This document shows positions 44,414 to 54,304 of a DNA stretch of 64,000 nt, piece by piece. Position numbers and translations under genes: made by a program. Every line of letters starts with the position of its first letter. Position 1 is the stretch's first letter. The stretch is from Eubacteriales bacterium (GTDB taxonomy: Bacteria; Bacillota; Clostridia; Oscillospirales; CAG-272), in NCBI GenBank assembly GCA_045542035.1, contig JAZQKG010000013.1:12102-76101 (forward strand). Reading direction: 5' to 3'. Below the pieces are notes generated by a model. It was not told where the DNA came from, did no database searches, and saw only the letters and a program-made list of their open reading frames with translations.

Positions 44414-46552
44414 ATGAAAAATAACAGAACAAAAAAAGCTCTTTCTAAATTTTCTAAAAGAAATACGCATAAGAGGCGGGGTAAAGAAAAAGCGGCTGCC
44501 GAGCTTATGCGCGCTATAGCCGAAACCGGTGTCGGAACAGATTCCCTAAAGCTTATCTCATCAGTTGACCGAGGCAGACGAGGACGCATGAGCGACAGAA
44601 TGCGTCGCGATGAGAAATGCGCGAGAGGTGTTTTTTCTTCCTCGAAAAGCGGGTTCGGATTCGTTACTCTAAGTGAGGGATATGATAAGGATATATTTAT
44701 TCCCGAGGATAAGACGGGCGGAGCGCTCGATGGGGATACTGTAGAAATAGTATACCATATATACACTAACCGATACGGTGAGGAGAAAACCGAGGGGCGT
44801 GTAAGAAGAATAGTCGAATACGGCAAAAAAACCGTTATAGGAACGGTTAGCGAGGATAGGGGATTTAGATATTCAAAGAAGAGATCCCCGACGAGAATCC
44901 TGCTCATACCCGATGATAACAGATTTTCTCTGAATCCTGTAATCCGTGAGCTTTGCGGCGCAGAAATCGGTGACAAGGTTGAGGCTCTTATTGACCGCGA
45001 CGGAAAATATCCTCCTGAATGCGAGGTTATAAGAAACTTCGGAAAAACCGATTCTAAGGAAGCAAATTACCAGGCTATTCTTGCCGAATGTGAAATTCCT
45101 GTTGATTTTTCAAAGGAAGAACTTGCGGAGGCGGCGTTTTTTGCTGCGTTGCCTTTGTCCGACGAGGACAGGGTAAGACGGGATAAGGATATAATTTTTA
45201 CAATTGACGGCATAGGCGCAAAGGACCTTGACGATGCCGTTTCGCTTAAAAAGCTAAAAGGCGGAATATGGCAGCTTGGAGTTCATATTGCGGACGTTTC
45301 GTATTACGTAAAGGAGCGCACACATCTTGATAGAGCGGTTATGTCGAGGGGTACGAGCGTATATTTTACCGACAAGGTCGTTCCTATGCTGCCGCCCTCC
45401 CTGTCAAACGGAGCATGTTCACTGAATCCAGGCGAGGATAAATACGCGCTTAGCGCTATAATAAATCTTTCCGGTGAAGGCGAGATACTTTCCTGTCGGA
45501 TAGAGCCAACGGTTATTCGGAGCAGAGTTCGCGGTGTTTACAGCGAGGTGAACGAGCTATTCTCGGAAACTGCTTCGGCAGAAATTAAATCAAAATACAA
45601 AGAGATTTTACCCTCGCTTATGAGAATGAGGGAGTTATATCTTATCCTTAAGAAAAGAAGCGAGAAAAGAGGGGCGCTTGAGCTTGAGACATCGGAGGCT
45701 GAAATACTGCTTTCCGAAAGCGGCGAGCCTGCTGATATAGTAAAGCGCGAGCGTGGAGATGCCGAGAAGCTTATAGAGCAGTTTATGCTCTGCGCCAACG
45801 AGGCAGTGGCTACTCTGCTTACCGAAAAGGAAATTCCCTGCGTATACAGAGTTCATGAAAATCCTCCCCCCGAGAAGCTTTCTGACTTTATTCTTTTTGC
45901 TCACAATCTCAGCTTTGATACCGAGGCAATCTCAAAAGAAAAGTCAGCGTCAAAGGATTTTTCAAATCTTCTTCTGCAGGCGCGGAAGAGGGGTATACTC
46001 GCGCCCGTGTCGTACTCTATGCTTCGTTCTATGGCGAAAGCAAAGTATTCTGACGTGAAAAGCTCTCATTTCGGACTTGGCATTGACTGCTACTGTCACT
46101 TCACGTCGCCAATAAGAAGGCTCTCCGATCTTGCGACTCACAGAATAATCCACAAGGTGCTCCTTGAAGGAAAGCGGCCGCAGATGTACTCCTCTTACGC
46201 GCGGCGCGCTGCTGCCGCCGCTACCGAGGCGGAGCTAAGAGCTATGTCTGCCGAGCGGAGAATAGAGAATCTCTATAAAGTCATATATATGGAGAAATTT
46301 ATCGGATGCGAATTTGACGCTGTGATAAGCTCTGTAACTTCATTCGGAGTTTTTGCCGAGCTTGAAAATACCTGTGAAGGACTTGTGCCTATAAGCGACC
46401 TCCCCGGAATGTTTACGTTTGATGAAAAAAATCTTTCGATGAGGTCAAGAGACGTTATTTACCGCCTTGGAGATATTATAAAAGTCCGTCTTGAAGAGGC
46501 TGATATAATAAGAGGAAAGCTAAGGTTTTCAATAGTTGATACCGAAAATTAA
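44414..46552 (+). CDS. rnr: ribonuclease R
   Basis: 712 aa. Basic N-terminus, OB/cold-shock region, RNB domain (IDGIGAKDLDDAVS, HIADVSYYV) and a C-terminal S1 domain. Confidence 0.9.
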   Translation: MKNNRTKKALSKFSKRNTHKRRGKEKAAAELMRAIAETGVGTDSLKLISSVDRGRRGRMSDRMRRDEKCARGVFSSSKSGFGFVTLSEGYDKDIFIPEDKTGGALDGDTVEIVYHIYTNRYGEEKTEGRVRRIVEYGKKTVIGTVSEDRGFRYSKKRSPTRILLIPDDNRFSLNPVIRELCGAEIGDKVEALIDRDGKYPPECEVIRNFGKTDSKEANYQAILAECEIPVDFSKEELAEAAFFAALPLSDEDRVRRDKDIIFTIDGIGAKDLDDAVSLKKLKGGIWQLGVHIADVSYYVKERTHLDRAVMSRGTSVYFTDKVVPMLPPSLSNGACSLNPGEDKYALSAIINLSGEGEILSCRIEPTVIRSRVRGVYSEVNELFSETASAEIKSKYKEILPSLMRMRELYLILKKRSEKRGALELETSEAEILLSESGEPADIVKRERGDAEKLIEQFMLCANEAVATLLTEKEIPCVYRVHENPPPEKLSDFILFAHNLSFDTEAISKEKSASKDFSNLLLQARKRGILAPVSYSMLRSMAKAKYSDVKSSHFGLGIDCYCHFTSPIRRLSDLATHRIIHKVLLEGKRPQMYSSYARRAAAAATEAELRAMSAERRIENLYKVIYMEKFIGCEFDAVISSVTSFGVFAELENTCEGLVPISDLPGMFTFDEKNLSMRSRDVIYRLGDIIKVRLEEADIIRGKLRFSIVDTEN

Positions 46553-46582
46553 TTAAACTGTTTTTAATGAGGAGATGGCAAT

Positions 46583-47392
46583 ATGAAAAGAGCGCTGAAT
46601 TGCGTTACCGTAGTAGATCTTTTGTTTGTTCTTTTGCTTTCTATATCTGCCTTCTTCGGTGGTTTTGTTGGCAATCTGGTTTATTACTGCGCATTTGTTA
46701 TACCTTTCGTTGTAGCAATCTATGTCAAGAATAAGACGAAGGCCGAGTTCAATCCTCCGAAAATAAAAATTAAGAGTAAAGAACTTTGTTTATTAATACC
46801 CACTGTCGCGCCAACTCTCGCGCTTATCTTTCTGATTTCCTGGCTCACATCGCTTATTCTTTCATTTATCGGAGAGGGGAATTACGTAGACGTAAGCGGT
46901 AATTTATTTACTGTAATTCTGATACACGCGGTAATTCCCTCGATAGCGGAGGAGGCTCTTTTCAGATATATCCCGATAGCTTTTATTTCTCCTTATACGA
47001 AAAGAGGAGCGGTATGGATATCAGCGCTTCTTTTCGGATTTGTGCACTGTAATCTTTATCAACTTCCGTATGCCTTTTTTGCGGGAATAGTATTCGCCTT
47101 ATTAGACATTTCGTTTGACAGTATTTTGCCGTCGGTGCTTCTTCATTTTATAAATAATCTTTCATCTGTTTTTTGGCAAAGATATGGGGTTGACGCAGTC
47201 TTTTATAAAATTTACACGGTGTCTTTGATGGCTCTTGCAATTATGTCGCTTGTTTTTATATTTATATTCATAAAAAGATATAAAGATAAGGTTTTGCCGA
47301 TAATACGCGATAAAAGTAAATATAAGTTGTCATATGAACCAATTTTATTCGTTGCTTTAACGCTTTTTATTGCCGTGACCAATTTGATTTAG
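46583..47392 (+). CDS. CPBP family intramembrane metalloprotease (CAAX protease-like)
   Basis: 269 aa, polytopic. Motifs EEALFRY, FGFVHC and HFINN. Confidence 0.8.
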   Translation: MKRALNCVTVVDLLFVLLLSISAFFGGFVGNLVYYCAFVIPFVVAIYVKNKTKAEFNPPKIKIKSKELCLLIPTVAPTLALIFLISWLTSLILSFIGEGNYVDVSGNLFTVILIHAVIPSIAEEALFRYIPIAFISPYTKRGAVWISALLFGFVHCNLYQLPYAFFAGIVFALLDISFDSILPSVLLHFINNLSSVFWQRYGVDAVFYKIYTVSLMALAIMSLVFIFIFIKRYKDKVLPIIRDKSKYKLSYEPILFVALTLFIAVTNLI

Positions 47393-47402
47393 GAGATTTA
47401 TA

Positions 47403-47858
47403 ATGGATAATGATGAATTTTATATGAGAGAGGCGATAAGGCTTGCGCTTATGGCGCGCGATGAGGATGAGGTGCCTGTCGGAGCTCTTATAGTGCGCGG
47501 GAACGAAATTATCGCGAAAGCGTATAATAAAAGGGAACAGTCAAAGTGCGCGACTCATCATGCCGAGCTTATCGCTATTGAAGAGGCGTGCCGAGTGATG
47601 GGAGGATGGCGTCTTCCCGGCGTAACTCTTTACGTAACGATGGAGCCGTGCGTAATGTGCGCGGGAGCGATAGTTAACGCGAGGATTCCAAGGGTGGTTT
47701 ACGGAACGAGGGATATAAGATTCGGAGCGTATGGCTCGGCGCTTGATTTGACGAAAATTCCGTTAAATCATATTCCTGATGTTACCGGGGGGATTCTTGA
47801 GGATGAAACCCGCGCAATACTCACTGAGTATTTCAAAAACAAACGCAAAAAAACATAG
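47403..47858 (+). CDS. tadA: tRNA-specific adenosine deaminase
   Basis: 151 aa. CDA zinc motifs HAELIAI and PCVMCAGA. Confidence 0.9.
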   Translation: MDNDEFYMREAIRLALMARDEDEVPVGALIVRGNEIIAKAYNKREQSKCATHHAELIAIEEACRVMGGWRLPGVTLYVTMEPCVMCAGAIVNARIPRVVYGTRDIRFGAYGSALDLTKIPLNHIPDVTGGILEDETRAILTEYFKNKRKKT

Positions 47859-47861
47859 TCA

Positions 47862-47890
47862 TTGACATTTATATTTTTATATGGTAAAAT
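47862..47890 (+). promoter_or_regulatory. sigma-70 promoter (TTGACA-17-TAAAAT) placed for a leaderless rimM transcript
   Basis: TTGACA 47862..47867, 17-nt spacer, TAAAAT 47885..47890. The rimM ATG at 47898 lies 8 nt after the -10, with no SD. Confidence 0.6.
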
Positions 47891-47897
47891 ACATAGT

Positions 47898-48419
47898 ATG
47901 AAAAAAGAATATCTTGAATGCGGAAAGGTGTGTTCTGCGCACGGAGTACGCGGTTTTATCAAAGTTGAGCCCTGGTGCGATTCGCCGAGGGTGCTTGCGT
48001 CGCAGAAGCGTGTTTTTATTGCCGCAAAGGACGGCAGCTATAAAGAAATCGCTGTAAAATGCGCATCTGTCAGCACAAAGTACGTTCTTATGGCGCTTGA
48101 GGGAATAGACACGAGAGAAGCGGCTCAGGCGGAAAAAAACAGAATACTTTATCTCCATCGCAATGATATACCCGTTGAGAAGGGAGCTGTTCTTATCGCA
48201 GATATGATAGGACTTTCGGTTATAGATATAGACAGCGGGCGGGTTTACGGAAAGCTACGCGAGGTGAACGACGGTGTGGTATCAAAGCTCTACACGGTCG
48301 CGACCGAGGTCGGAGACGTTTTAATACCGGGAATTCCGGAATTTGTTAAGGAGATAGATACCGAGCGGGGCATTTTTATAAAGCCTATACCCGGTTTTTT
48401 TCCTGAAAATGAAATTTGA
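47898..48419 (+). CDS. rimM: 16S rRNA processing protein RimM
   Basis: ORF 47862..48419 begins on the TTG of the -35 box. ATG 47898 (MKKEYLECGKVCSAHGVRGFIKVEPW) gives the typical RimM N-terminus. Precedes trmD. Confidence 0.85.
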   Translation: MKKEYLECGKVCSAHGVRGFIKVEPWCDSPRVLASQKRVFIAAKDGSYKEIAVKCASVSTKYVLMALEGIDTREAAQAEKNRILYLHRNDIPVEKGAVLIADMIGLSVIDIDSGRVYGKLREVNDGVVSKLYTVATEVGDVLIPGIPEFVKEIDTERGIFIKPIPGFFPENEI

Positions 48420-49155
48420 CGTTATGACTCTTTTCCCCGATATGATAGAGAATATCCTCGGTGAAAGTATTATAGGAAGAGCGCGCAAGGCGGGCATAAT
48501 TGAGGTTTCCGCGCATAATATAAGAGACTATTCAACCGATAAGCATAGAAAAACCGATGACACTCCGTTCGGAGGCGGAGTCGGAATGATAATGACTTGC
48601 CAGCCGATATATGATTGTTATGCCGACGTTATATCCGCGATTCCCGCGGAAAACAAGAAAAGGGTAATCTACATGTCTCCCAAGGGCAGAACTTTTTCTC
48701 ACAGCGTCGCAAAGGAGCTTTCGGAATATGATAATCTTATCTTCCTTTGCGGACATTACGAGGGGGTAGACCAACGAGTTATCGACGAGATAGTCGACGA
48801 TGAGATATCAATAGGAGACTACGTTTTGACGGGCGGTGAGATTCCCGCATGCATAGTTATAGACGCTGTCTCGCGTCTTATAGACGGAGTTTTAGCCTCG
48901 AGCGAGTGTTATGAGGGGGAATCGGTTGCCTCCGGCATTCTTGAGTATCCTCAGTACACGAAGCCAAGGGAATTCCGCGGAAGAGCGGTGCCCGAAATTC
49001 TTCTGTCGGGCGACCATAAAAAAATTGATAGATGGCGGCTTGAAGAGGCCGTAAATATAACACGGGAGCGCCGTCCCGACCTTTTGCTTTCGCATCCGGA
49101 ATTTGAAGAGGCGCTTTTACCAAAGCAGAAAAGAAAAAAACACGCAAGCCGTTAA
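48409..49155 (+). CDS. trmD: tRNA (guanine37-N1)-methyltransferase
   Basis: 248 aa SPOUT fold. Motifs LCGHYEGVDQRV and SIGDYVLTGGE. Confidence 0.9.
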   Translation: MKFDVMTLFPDMIENILGESIIGRARKAGIIEVSAHNIRDYSTDKHRKTDDTPFGGGVGMIMTCQPIYDCYADVISAIPAENKKRVIYMSPKGRTFSHSVAKELSEYDNLIFLCGHYEGVDQRVIDEIVDDEISIGDYVLTGGEIPACIVIDAVSRLIDGVLASSECYEGESVASGILEYPQYTKPREFRGRAVPEILLSGDHKKIDRWRLEEAVNITRERRPDLLLSHPEFEEALLPKQKRKKHASR

Positions 49156-49180
49156 TTTTACCGAAAGGAGAGCGGATAGG

Positions 49181-50941
49181 TTGAGCTCTAAATTTTCATC
49201 ATTTAACGAAAAGCTTTTTCGTTCGAAGGAAATCAGCAGTATAGGAACTGTCGGAACGGTGAGACTTCTCAAAGGAAAGATAGTTAAGCTGCTTAATTAT
49301 ATCGGAAGAAGTATTGCGTACAGCTCTACTCGCTCATTTGGAAGTTTTATTCTCTCTTTCGGACTTATGAGCCTGTTTTTGCATCTTGGCGAATATTATT
49401 TTGCCGATGAGCCTGAGATTGCGCTCTCTCTCGCGGTTGGCGCTGCTTGTGCGGTGCTTGCGGTTCCTCTTCTCGTCGTTAATAAACCGATGTGTCTGGC
49501 GCTACAGGATTTTGCGCTGACAGATTATATTCTATTCGAATTTCTTCTAATTAAGAGGATGCACAGCGATACCGACCATTCTGCGGTTGTTCCGCTCGTA
49601 GCCGCTTTTTTGGGATTTATTCCGGCGATAATAGGATTTTTTGTCCCAATATATTTTGTGGTGCTTGGGATAATTATTGCGGTATTCGTCACGCTTGCGT
49701 TAATTGCTCCGGAATTTCCAATGATATTAACACTCCTTATACTTCCGTATCTTGAGCTTTTACCGTTGTCCAGGATAGTTCTTATCTCTCTGTCATTTAT
49801 TACTTTTATATCCTTCGCGATTAAGGTTTTAATAGGAAAAAGAGTATATAACTTTGATATTTACGACGCAATAATAGCGATTATTATTCTTTTGGTAATG
49901 ATAAGCGGAGCGCTGGGGCAAGGTCCGGATTCTCTTAAGAATTCGATTATATTCACCGTTCTTCTTTTAGGATATTTTCCGGCAAGCGATCTTATAGTTA
50001 ACAGGCGTCTTGCGGATTGCGCTATGAACGCCGTTATAGTTTCGGCAATACCGATAGCGGCAGTATCTGCTGTCGAATTCGCAGTAGAGCTTCGGGCGGT
50101 TGATTTTACGTCGAAATATTCAACACCCGGAATCTCGGCCTTCTTTTCAAGTCCGTCGTCACTTGCCGCGTTTATGATAGTTGCCGCTATTCTTACACTT
50201 GCGTTTGCGCTTCAAAAGAAGAACCGAGCGAAAAAGACCTTTTATTTCTCGGTGTTTGTCTTTGAAGCATTTCTTCTCGGACTCATGCTTCAGCCCGGAG
50301 TGCTAGTCGCGGTAGCTCTTGTGTCGGTTGCTTATTTAATATTTACATCGAATAAAATTCCGCACGACGTTATTGCCGTTTTGATTGTTGCGGCGCATCT
50401 TCTTTTGCTTATACCTATTGAAAAGCTTAATGCCGTGTCAAAATATTTCGGATTTGACCTTGCGCTTCCCGCTCTCGTGTCGGGATATAAAAGAGCGCTC
50501 AAGGTATTCACCGAAAATATCTGGTTCGGAGCTGGCATAGGAGACGGGTCGTATAAAGCCGCCTCCGGAATGAATTCAAGCGGAATATTTAACACGCTCC
50601 TCGGCATAGGTGTGGAAATCGGAGTTTTTGCTCTTGTTTTGTTCGCGATTATGATTCTTATCCGTCTTCGCCACCTTTCTTACTATCGGCATTATACTAA
50701 AAAATCATTTGTAAATACAGCCGTTAATATGACGGCGCTTGTTACGGTTGCTCTCTTAATATACGGCTCGTTTGCCGATATATTTGAGAACGCGGCGGTT
50801 TTCTACCTATTCTGGACAGTGTTCGGTATATGTACCTCATCGCTCAGAACGGCAAGAAAAGAGTACGATGACCGCCTTGGATACTACGGCGATTTAAGAA
50901 GCGCCGAGTCTTCCGCAATCGATATTTCGATAATAGAATAA
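49181..50941 (+). CDS. polytopic membrane protein, O-antigen ligase/polymerase (Wzy_C)-like
   Basis: ORF 49103..50941 starts inside trmD. TTG 49181 follows AAAGGAGAG. Many TM segments and a late motif WFGAGIGDGSY...IFNTLLGIGVEIGVFAL. Confidence 0.55.
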   Translation: MSSKFSSFNEKLFRSKEISSIGTVGTVRLLKGKIVKLLNYIGRSIAYSSTRSFGSFILSFGLMSLFLHLGEYYFADEPEIALSLAVGAACAVLAVPLLVVNKPMCLALQDFALTDYILFEFLLIKRMHSDTDHSAVVPLVAAFLGFIPAIIGFFVPIYFVVLGIIIAVFVTLALIAPEFPMILTLLILPYLELLPLSRIVLISLSFITFISFAIKVLIGKRVYNFDIYDAIIAIIILLVMISGALGQGPDSLKNSIIFTVLLLGYFPASDLIVNRRLADCAMNAVIVSAIPIAAVSAVEFAVELRAVDFTSKYSTPGISAFFSSPSSLAAFMIVAAILTLAFALQKKNRAKKTFYFSVFVFEAFLLGLMLQPGVLVAVALVSVAYLIFTSNKIPHDVIAVLIVAAHLLLLIPIEKLNAVSKYFGFDLALPALVSGYKRALKVFTENIWFGAGIGDGSYKAASGMNSSGIFNTLLGIGVEIGVFALVLFAIMILIRLRHLSYYRHYTKKSFVNTAVNMTALVTVALLIYGSFADIFENAAVFYLFWTVFGICTSSLRTARKEYDDRLGYYGDLRSAESSAIDISIIE

Positions 50942-51030
50942 AATCTTTTAAAGTTTTTTGAAAAAAGTATTGATTTTTATTTAACAATTTGATATACTTG
51001 TAATGATAATTATCTAAGGAGATATATCCT

Positions 51031-51297
51031 ATGGTTTCTCGCAGCGTAAAAATAAAGAACAGCGTCGGCCTTCATGCAAGACCCGCAACCTTCTTTATCC
51101 AAAAGGCAAATTCCTACAAAAGCTCCATTTGGGTAGAAAAAGAAGATTGCAGAGTTAATGCTAAGAGCCTTCTCGGTGTTCTTTCACTTGGGATCGTGGA
51201 AGGTACGACTATAACTCTTATTGCCGACGGCAGTGATGAGGCTTCCGCTATAGACGGTCTCGTTGCTCTTGTTGACAGCGGATTCGCGGAATGTTGA
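51031..51297 (+). CDS. ptsH: phosphocarrier protein HPr
   Basis: 88 aa. His15 context GLHARPA and Ser46 context NAKSLLGVLSLG. Confidence 0.9.
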   Translation: MVSRSVKIKNSVGLHARPATFFIQKANSYKSSIWVEKEDCRVNAKSLLGVLSLGIVEGTTITLIADGSDEASAIDGLVALVDSGFAEC

Positions 51298-51366
51298 CAT
51301 AACTCATATTTAAGGTGCTGTCTCAAGTATGACTTGCGGCAGCCCTTTGTTTTTGGAGGTTGTATT

Positions 51367-53187
51367 TTGACCGTAATAGAAAGACTTCGGAAGAAGGCAA
51401 ATTCTTTGCCTCAGTCTCCCGGAGTTTATATAATGAAAAACGATGGCGGAGACGTAATATACGTCGGAAAGTCAAGGAAACTCAAAAACCGCGTCACCTC
51501 TTATTTTACGGGACAGAAGCGTTCATTAAAAACCGAGAGAATGGTCAGCCTCGTAAGAGATTTTGATTTCATATTATGCGATACGGAAATTGAAGCGCTA
51601 ACACTTGAGAACGTGCTTATAAAAAAGCACTCGCCAAGGTACAATATTAAGCTTAAGGATGCTAAATCATATCCGTACATCAAGGTTACGGGAGAGGAAT
51701 ATCCTAAGCTTTTCGTCACGCGTGACAGAAAAAGCGATAAGGCAAAGTACTTCGGTCCGTATCAAAGCTCCCAGGGAGCGCACGCGGCGCTTGACGCGGT
51801 TATGCGCATATTTACTCTCGCAACCTGTAAGCGCTCGTTCCCAAGGGATATAGGCCGTGAGCGGCCTTGTATATATCGCGATATGGGAAGGTGCATCGCG
51901 CCCTGCGCGGGAAAGGTTTCCTCTTCGGAATACCGCTCTCTTGTAAAATGCGCGGAGTGGGTCCTCGACGGAAATATTAAAGAAACAAAAGGCATGCTTA
52001 CCTCCGAAATGAACGAGGCAGCTGAGAATATGGAGTTTGAGCGCGCAGCCGCGATACGGGACAGTATATACGCTCTTGAGCGTCTTTCGGAAAAACAAAA
52101 GGTGGTCGCTGATGCTAAGGTAAACCGCGACGTCTTCGCTATGTATACGTCGGATACTGAGGGAGTTCTCGCTATGCTTTCTATACGATCGGGAGCGCTC
52201 GTTAATAAAAACGAGTTTATTCTGTCGGTAAACGATCTTGTAAGTCCGGATGACGCGATATCGCTCATTGCGGATTATTATGATACAGCGGGAAATATAC
52301 CGAGAGAGGTTATGCTTGATTTTTCTCTTACGGAGGAGGATATTCAGCTTTTGTCAGAATATCTCTCGCTTGGAACCAAATATAAGGTTTCGGTCAGAGT
52401 TCCCGAGAGGGGAGACGGAAGAGCGCTTTGTGATATGGCGCTTGAAAACGCGAAAGAATCCGCAAGGCAGCACAGGCTTGAAGGCGAGAGGGAGGATAAA
52501 AACCTTAAAAGATTTGCCGAGCTTCTCGGACTTTCTGAAATGCCGGCGCGAATTGAGGCGTATGACATATCAAATATAGGAAACGAAAGCATTACCGCGT
52601 CAATGGTGGTATATTCGGGCGGAAAGCTTAAAAAAAGCGATTACAGAACCTTTACCGTGAAAACTACAGCCGGTGCTGACGATTACGGTTCGATGCGCGA
52701 GGTACTTGGCAGACGGTTTTCTCATATAGGAGACGGAAGCGCGTCTCTCGGCGAATCGCCTGACCTTATTCTCCTTGACGGAGGAGCGGCGCACGTAGGA
52801 GTGGTAAGGGAGCTTATGGTTTCAAAGGGAATAGAAATCCCCCTTTTCGGAATGGTGAAGGATGATTTTCATAAGACGAGAGCTATAACAGACGGTGAAA
52901 GGGAAATATCTATAGCTCAAGAGACCGGTGTTTACGCTTTCGTTTACAAGCTCCAGGAGGAAGCGCACAGATTTGCCGTTAAAAAATCGCAAGGAGCAAA
53001 GATAAAAACTCTGACGCATTCATCCCTTGAGAAGATAAGCGGAATAGGGCCTAAAAAGGCAAAGCTTCTTTTGCATTCAATGCCGCTTTTTAAAATACGT
53101 ACGGCAGAGGTGGACGAGCTCGCGGCAGTGAAGGGCGTATCGCGTACCGATGCGCAAAACATATACGAATACTATCATAAAAAATAA
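51367..53187 (+). CDS. uvrC: excinuclease ABC subunit C
   Basis: ORF 51334..53187. TTG 51367 lies 7 nt after GGAGG. GIY-YIG domain (PGVYIMKN, IYVGKS), UVR domain and C-terminal HhH (ISGIGPKKAKLL). Confidence 0.9.
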   Translation: MTVIERLRKKANSLPQSPGVYIMKNDGGDVIYVGKSRKLKNRVTSYFTGQKRSLKTERMVSLVRDFDFILCDTEIEALTLENVLIKKHSPRYNIKLKDAKSYPYIKVTGEEYPKLFVTRDRKSDKAKYFGPYQSSQGAHAALDAVMRIFTLATCKRSFPRDIGRERPCIYRDMGRCIAPCAGKVSSSEYRSLVKCAEWVLDGNIKETKGMLTSEMNEAAENMEFERAAAIRDSIYALERLSEKQKVVADAKVNRDVFAMYTSDTEGVLAMLSIRSGALVNKNEFILSVNDLVSPDDAISLIADYYDTAGNIPREVMLDFSLTEEDIQLLSEYLSLGTKYKVSVRVPERGDGRALCDMALENAKESARQHRLEGEREDKNLKRFAELLGLSEMPARIEAYDISNIGNESITASMVVYSGGKLKKSDYRTFTVKTTAGADDYGSMREVLGRRFSHIGDGSASLGESPDLILLDGGAAHVGVVRELMVSKGIEIPLFGMVKDDFHKTRAITDGEREISIAQETGVYAFVYKLQEEAHRFAVKKSQGAKIKTLTHSSLEKISGIGPKKAKLLLHSMPLFKIRTAEVDELAAVKGVSRTDAQNIYEYYHKK

Positions 53188-53193
53188 AGGACG

Positions 53194-53769
53194 GTGACAC
53201 CCGTGTTAAGAATTATAACCGGAACAGCCAAAGGTAAAAAAATAGAAACTCTTCTGGGAGAGGCTACCCGCCCAACCTCAGAGAGAATAAAAGAAGCTGT
53301 ATTTTCATCGATACAGTTTGATATAGAAAACAGGCGCGTGCTTGACCTTTTCGCAGGGTCCGGTCAGCTTGGACTTGAAGCGCTCTCAAGAGGCGCGGCT
53401 TCAGCAAGCTTCGTTGATTCGGAGAGGGAAGCAATCGATATTGTTAAGAAGAACGCGAGAACCACGGGATTTTTTGACAAGTGCAGATATATAGTAAGCG
53501 ACTGGCGGAATTTTATCAGAAAATCGTCGGGAAAAGATAAGTACGATCTCGTTTTTATTGACCCGCCGTACGCTATGGAATGCTGCAAGGACGCGCTTAT
53601 GCGTCTTTCCGAGGCATCTTTGCTTGAGGGGGGCGCTATAGTCGTTCTCGAAAGCGGAACCGAGGATATATCGGCCGGTGATATTTCGGGATTTGAGGTT
53701 ATCAAGTCGACGCATTACGGAAAAAAGACTTTTGTGAATATTCTGCTTTACAGAGGTGAGGAAGAATGA
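53194..53769 (+). CDS. rsmD: 16S rRNA (guanine966-N2)-methyltransferase
   Basis: 191 aa. Motifs DLFAGSGQLGLEALSRGA and DPPY. Precedes coaD as usual. Confidence 0.85.
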   Translation: MTPVLRIITGTAKGKKIETLLGEATRPTSERIKEAVFSSIQFDIENRRVLDLFAGSGQLGLEALSRGAASASFVDSEREAIDIVKKNARTTGFFDKCRYIVSDWRNFIRKSSGKDKYDLVFIDPPYAMECCKDALMRLSEASLLEGGAIVVLESGTEDISAGDISGFEVIKSTHYGKKTFVNILLYRGEEE

Positions 53770-54230
53770 AGGCGCTTCTTCCGGGAAGCTATGACCCCGT
53801 AACTCTCGGGCATCTCGAAATAATAAAGCGCGCCGCTTCTGTTTTTTGCGAAGTATACGCCGTCGTTTTTATCAACCCCGAAAAAAAATATCTTTTTTCC
53901 GCAGAGGATAGGCTTGAAATGCTGAGACTCGCAACAGAGGAATTTCCGAATGTAAAAGTTGATTTTTCTGACGGATTTGTCGTGGATTATATGAAAAAAG
54001 AGGGAATCGGGAAAATAGTCAAGGGATACAGAAATCAGACGGACTATGAGTACGAGCTCCTGCAGGCCGAATATAATTTGAAGCACGGCGGATTTGAGAC
54101 TGAGCTATGGCAGGCAGGGGAGGATATGAAGAATATCAGCTCTACAAAAGCGAGAGAAGCGATAGCGAAAGGTGAATCTCTCGAAAAAATTCTGCCGAAA
54201 AAAGTTATTTCATACGTCAATACTCATTGA
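53766..54230 (+). CDS. coaD: phosphopantetheine adenylyltransferase
   Basis: 154 aa. Motifs PGSYDPVTLGHLEII and ISSTKARE. Confidence 0.9.
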   Translation: MKALLPGSYDPVTLGHLEIIKRAASVFCEVYAVVFINPEKKYLFSAEDRLEMLRLATEEFPNVKVDFSDGFVVDYMKKEGIGKIVKGYRNQTDYEYELLQAEYNLKHGGFETELWQAGEDMKNISSTKAREAIAKGESLEKILPKKVISYVNTH

Positions 54231-54255
54231 CAAAACTATATATTTAGTTTATAAT
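54227..54255 (+). promoter_or_regulatory. consensus sigma-70 promoter of pheST (TTGACA-17-TATAAT)
   Basis: TTGACA 54227..54232 overlaps the coaD stop. 17-nt spacer, then TATAAT 54250..54255. Confidence 0.65.
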
Positions 54256-54304
54256 AAATAAGTTAATACTTTACGTTTTTACAGTAAGAAAGGACTTTCC
54301 TAAG

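Noticed and set aside
44383-44976. 197-aa minus-strand ORF over the rnr 5' end; similar antisense ORFs lie at 58203..58832 and 61046..62014
   Set aside because: These are antisense shadows of RNase R, the CvpA-like gene and the RNase III gene. The translations are low-complexity Ser/Pro/Leu-rich.
49103-49180. ORF-track start of the membrane protein at ATG 49103 inside trmD
   Set aside because: It would overlap trmD by 53 nt and add a basic non-membrane N-terminus. TTG 49181 has a proper AAAGGAGAG SD and starts just before the hydrophobic region.
54231-54304. Possible T-box leader upstream of pheS
   Set aside because: Only about 50 nt lie between the promoter -10 and the start codon. This is too short for a T-box, and no specifier or T-box sequence is visible.
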